Positions 15,321-17,558 of a stretch of DNA of 17,558 nt are shown here, piece by piece. Source of the DNA: an uncultured delta proteobacterium (lineage in GTDB: Bacteria > Desulfobacterota > Binatia > UBA9968); assembly GCA_963737905.1 (NCBI GenBank), contig CAVTUQ010000041.1:1-17558 (forward strand). The letters are read 5' to 3'. Position 1 is the first letter of the stretch, and every line of letters begins with the position of its first letter. The notes beneath the pieces are model-generated. The model saw nothing but the letters and a program-made list of their open reading frames with translations, did not search any database and was not told the DNA's origin. Both the position numbers and the translations under genes were made by a program.

Positions 15321-16103
15321 TCAGCTCATTTGAAGTCCGATTTCGAACTTCGCCGAAAAACCTTGATCCTCCTTGGCCAAAGTCGGGATCAACTGCTTTC
15401 CTCCGCGGCGAAAGATGAAATCGGTATCATTGGTAGTGCTGCGCCGTGCCTTGGTGTTGTACGGGGAAAGTTTGTAAACTTGATCCGTGGTGGATTCATC
15501 AAAGTAAAGCTGCGAAATAAATTCTTGGGCCCGCTGGGAGGTGGGATCATTTCGAATCTTAAAGTGAATGTGAACGGTCCGGCCCGCATACCAGCCCGGA
15601 TAGATGGTTAGGAATTCGACACGCCCGTTTGTGTCCGTCGTTTGATAGCCGCGCAGAAATTTTTTCCCTCGGCTATCGAATCCTGCATTCATGTCACGCA
15701 CATCGGAATAAACACCGAGCGCGTCACATTGCCAAACGTCGACGATAGCGCCGTTCAGAGGGCTACAAGTGGTGCCGCTGACGCGGGAAACATGGAACTC
15801 TAAACGTAAGGGCACGCCTGGTCTCACCGAGCCGTCCGAAGGATCCGATCGAATATCGGAGCGGTTAAGCTTCTCATCGAGAAAATAGGGTCCTTCGGTC
15901 TGTGCGGGCCGCACCACGCAGGAGGGGATAACTGCGGCGTGCGCAGTTGCGGGCGAACCCAATGACACGGTCGGTCCACGTGATCTTCTTGCTCGCCGGC
16001 ACCCCAAAAATACCGCTGCAGCTCCCGCTACTAGGCGTCCGAGCACGTCTCGACGGCTCAGTTGTTGAACGTGCGCGGTTTTCTCAATGGGCTGCTTGTC
16101 CAT
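15321..16103 (-). CDS. Intradiol ring-cleavage dioxygenase-like protein with Tat signal
   Basis: SRRDVLG twin-arginine motif; TEGPYF, RSDIR, GAIVDVWQCDALGVYS, FLRGYQTTD, TIYPGWYAGRTVHIHFK (Tyr/Tyr/His/His Fe ligands). Confidence 0.9.
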   Translation of the reverse strand: MDKQPIEKTAHVQQLSRRDVLGRLVAGAAAVFLGCRRARRSRGPTVSLGSPATAHAAVIPSCVVRPAQTEGPYFLDEKLNRSDIRSDPSDGSVRPGVPLRLEFHVSRVSGTTCSPLNGAIVDVWQCDALGVYSDVRDMNAGFDSRGKKFLRGYQTTDTNGRVEFLTIYPGWYAGRTVHIHFKIRNDPTSQRAQEFISQLYFDESTTDQVYKLSPYNTKARRSTTNDTDFIFRRGGKQLIPTLAKEDQGFSAKFEIGLQMS

Positions 16104-16174
16104 GTCTTTGGATGTATATCATTACTCCTGTTTTCCGAAAACAAAGGCGACATTTCCTTCCGCAGGTTGAAAAT

Positions 16175-16963
16175 TCAAATGCTCTCAGCCTGCATCATCG
16201 TGTAGCCCAGTGTCTTCGCCGGCCGGTAGTCTTCTTTCACCGACTCGAAGATGGCGGCAAGGTTGTTCCAGGGATCTGGGTCGGTGTAAAAGCGTTGCAA
16301 GAAAAGCATGTCGGCCACCAAACTCTGCATCCAATCGACGTTGGTTGTATAGCCGATAACGGCGCGGCAACCGGAAGCCGCCAAAAAGTCCCGCGCGAAT
16401 TTTTCTCCCTCCGGGCCGCATAGTACGTTACAGGCTGCAAAGTAAACCAGATTACTATAACCGCACTTGCCGTAGCCGCGAAAAGCTTCCAGCAGTGCCT
16501 CCGAGCCGATGCGGTCTAGGACAGATTTCACAGTGCCTGGTTCGCCATGGAAGGCGAGGTAGTAGATCGGCGCATCCCAGGATTCGGGCAGCTTCCAGAG
16601 CAAACCTTCGGGATGACGGGTATAGTAAGCAAGGCCCCGCTCGGACTCGACGAAGCGATGGGCGAGCTTGAGTCGCGGGCGGATCAAGGTGGCGAGTGAT
16701 TCGAAAAAACCTTTGACCGAGATGGTCTTGAACAGCTCGGGGTTCCAGTAGGACTCGAGGCAGACCAGTTTTGGCGCGACGGTTCGACGAGCTCTAACCG
16801 CCGGCCAGGTCGGATGGCCGGCTTCGGCACAGTTGGCGAACCATACAGGAGTATCAACGGCGCATTTTTCGACGCAGCAGAGCGCGCAAACCTGGCTCTT
16901 GCCGTCCAGGCAGAGGTAGGTTTCGGAAGGTTGCGGGTCGTGGTTCCAGTAGCAGGTCGCCAT
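16175..16963 (-). CDS. Hypothetical protein: Cys/His-rich N-terminal domain plus caspase-like (DUF6642/CHAT-like) domain
   Basis: 262 aa; the first ~50 aa contain 7 Cys and 2 His; core has LVCLESYW, YYLAFHGEPG, VYFAACNVL and GCRAVIGYTTNVDW. Confidence 0.65.
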   Translation of the reverse strand: MATCYWNHDPQPSETYLCLDGKSQVCALCCVEKCAVDTPVWFANCAEAGHPTWPAVRARRTVAPKLVCLESYWNPELFKTISVKGFFESLATLIRPRLKLAHRFVESERGLAYYTRHPEGLLWKLPESWDAPIYYLAFHGEPGTVKSVLDRIGSEALLEAFRGYGKCGYSNLVYFAACNVLCGPEGEKFARDFLAASGCRAVIGYTTNVDWMQSLVADMLFLQRFYTDPDPWNNLAAIFESVKEDYRPAKTLGYTMMQAESI

Positions 16964-17030
16964 TCACGAGCCCCCGGCAAACGCAGGTTAGGTTGGATCA
17001 GTGCAACCGTGCTTTCCTAGTTCGGCCAAA

Positions 17031-17054
17031 GGCTGATCCGCCTGTGGCGGAGCC
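17031..17054. repeat. Short GC-rich intergenic hairpin (REP-like or weak terminator) after the LLM gene
   Basis: TCCGCC-tgt-GGCGGA (17037-17051) with outer GGCT/AGCC arms; no U-tract. Confidence 0.4.
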
Positions 17055-17066
17055 TTCTCCTCTCGG

Positions 17067-17558
17067 TTATTGAAGTGTCGGCATGATCTCTTTTTTGAAG
17101 AGATTCAGCGAAGAGATAACTTTATCATGGTGGAGATTGCCGATATGGAACATGCCCATAAAGTGATTCGCGCCGATTTGCTTCATTTGCGCCTTGACCT
17201 GGCGCGCAACGCTGTCCGGGTCACCGGCGATCACATAACCGGTGCTGATCAACCCATCCCAATCGAGCTTGGAAAAATCGCGACGCTCCCGGTTGCCTTC
17301 GCGGAAGTAGTTGAATGAACGTTCCGTGGTCAGGGCAGCTGTCAGCCGTTGAGACACCGCGTCCTTGTTGACGGCCTCGTTGAAGCCGCGATTGAAGACA
17401 GTGAAAAAATAGCGCATCGCCGGCTCAGCGACCTCTTGCGCCTTTTTATCGGACTCATCGACGTAGATGTGACGGCACAGAATGAAATCATCGGGAGTTG
17501 CTTCCCAACCTTCCTCGCGGGCGACTTTTCGGTAGTAACCGAAGGTGTCCTCGATTTG
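17067..17558 (-). CDS. LLM-class flavin-dependent oxidoreductase (luciferase-like monooxygenase), C-terminal part, 5'-truncated by the window
   Basis: Frame is open from 17558: QIEDTFGYYRKVAREEGWEATPDDFILCRHIYVDESDKKAQE...IAGDPDSVARQV...GNLHHDKVISSLNLFKKEIMP, a typical LLM C-terminus. Confidence 0.88.
   Translation of the reverse strand, partial: QIEDTFGYYRKVAREEGWEATPDDFILCRHIYVDESDKKAQEVAEPAMRYFFTVFNRGFNEAVNKDAVSQRLTAALTTERSFNYFREGNRERRDFSKLDWDGLISTGYVIAGDPDSVARQVKAQMKQIGANHFMGMFHIGNLHHDKVISSLNLFKKEIMPTLQ

Overview
Bacterial, moderately GC-rich accessory/metabolic region. The many stand-alone NMT1/SsuA-type binding proteins and the intergenic palindromes suggest a soil Candidatus Binatia/Deltaproteobacteria-like genome, but this is inference only. 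Left arm (+): end of an ABC_sub_bind substrate-binding protein, an unusual membrane protein (BI-1/YccA-like N-half fused to a NitT/TauT-type ABC permease that appears to lack its EAA coupling loop), a GNAT acetyltransferase and two NMT1-type binding proteins. Centre (-, about 4.1-13.2 kb): a five-gene ATP-dependent hydantoinase/oxoprolinase/acetone-carboxylase-superfamily cluster. It has one HydA/AcxA-like ATP-binding subunit and two paralogous HydB/AcxB-like subunits, each fused to an AcxC(gamma)-like Zn domain, interleaved with two more binding proteins and no permease or ATPase. Right arm (-): partial luciferase-like monooxygenase, a Cys-rich-domain/caspase-like (DUF6642/CHAT-like) protein, a Tat-exported intradiol dioxygenase-like protein, and a DUF2157 + GDYXXLXY pair. 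Several different REP-like palindromic elements occupy the intergenic gaps. No rRNA, tRNA, CRISPR array or transposase was seen.
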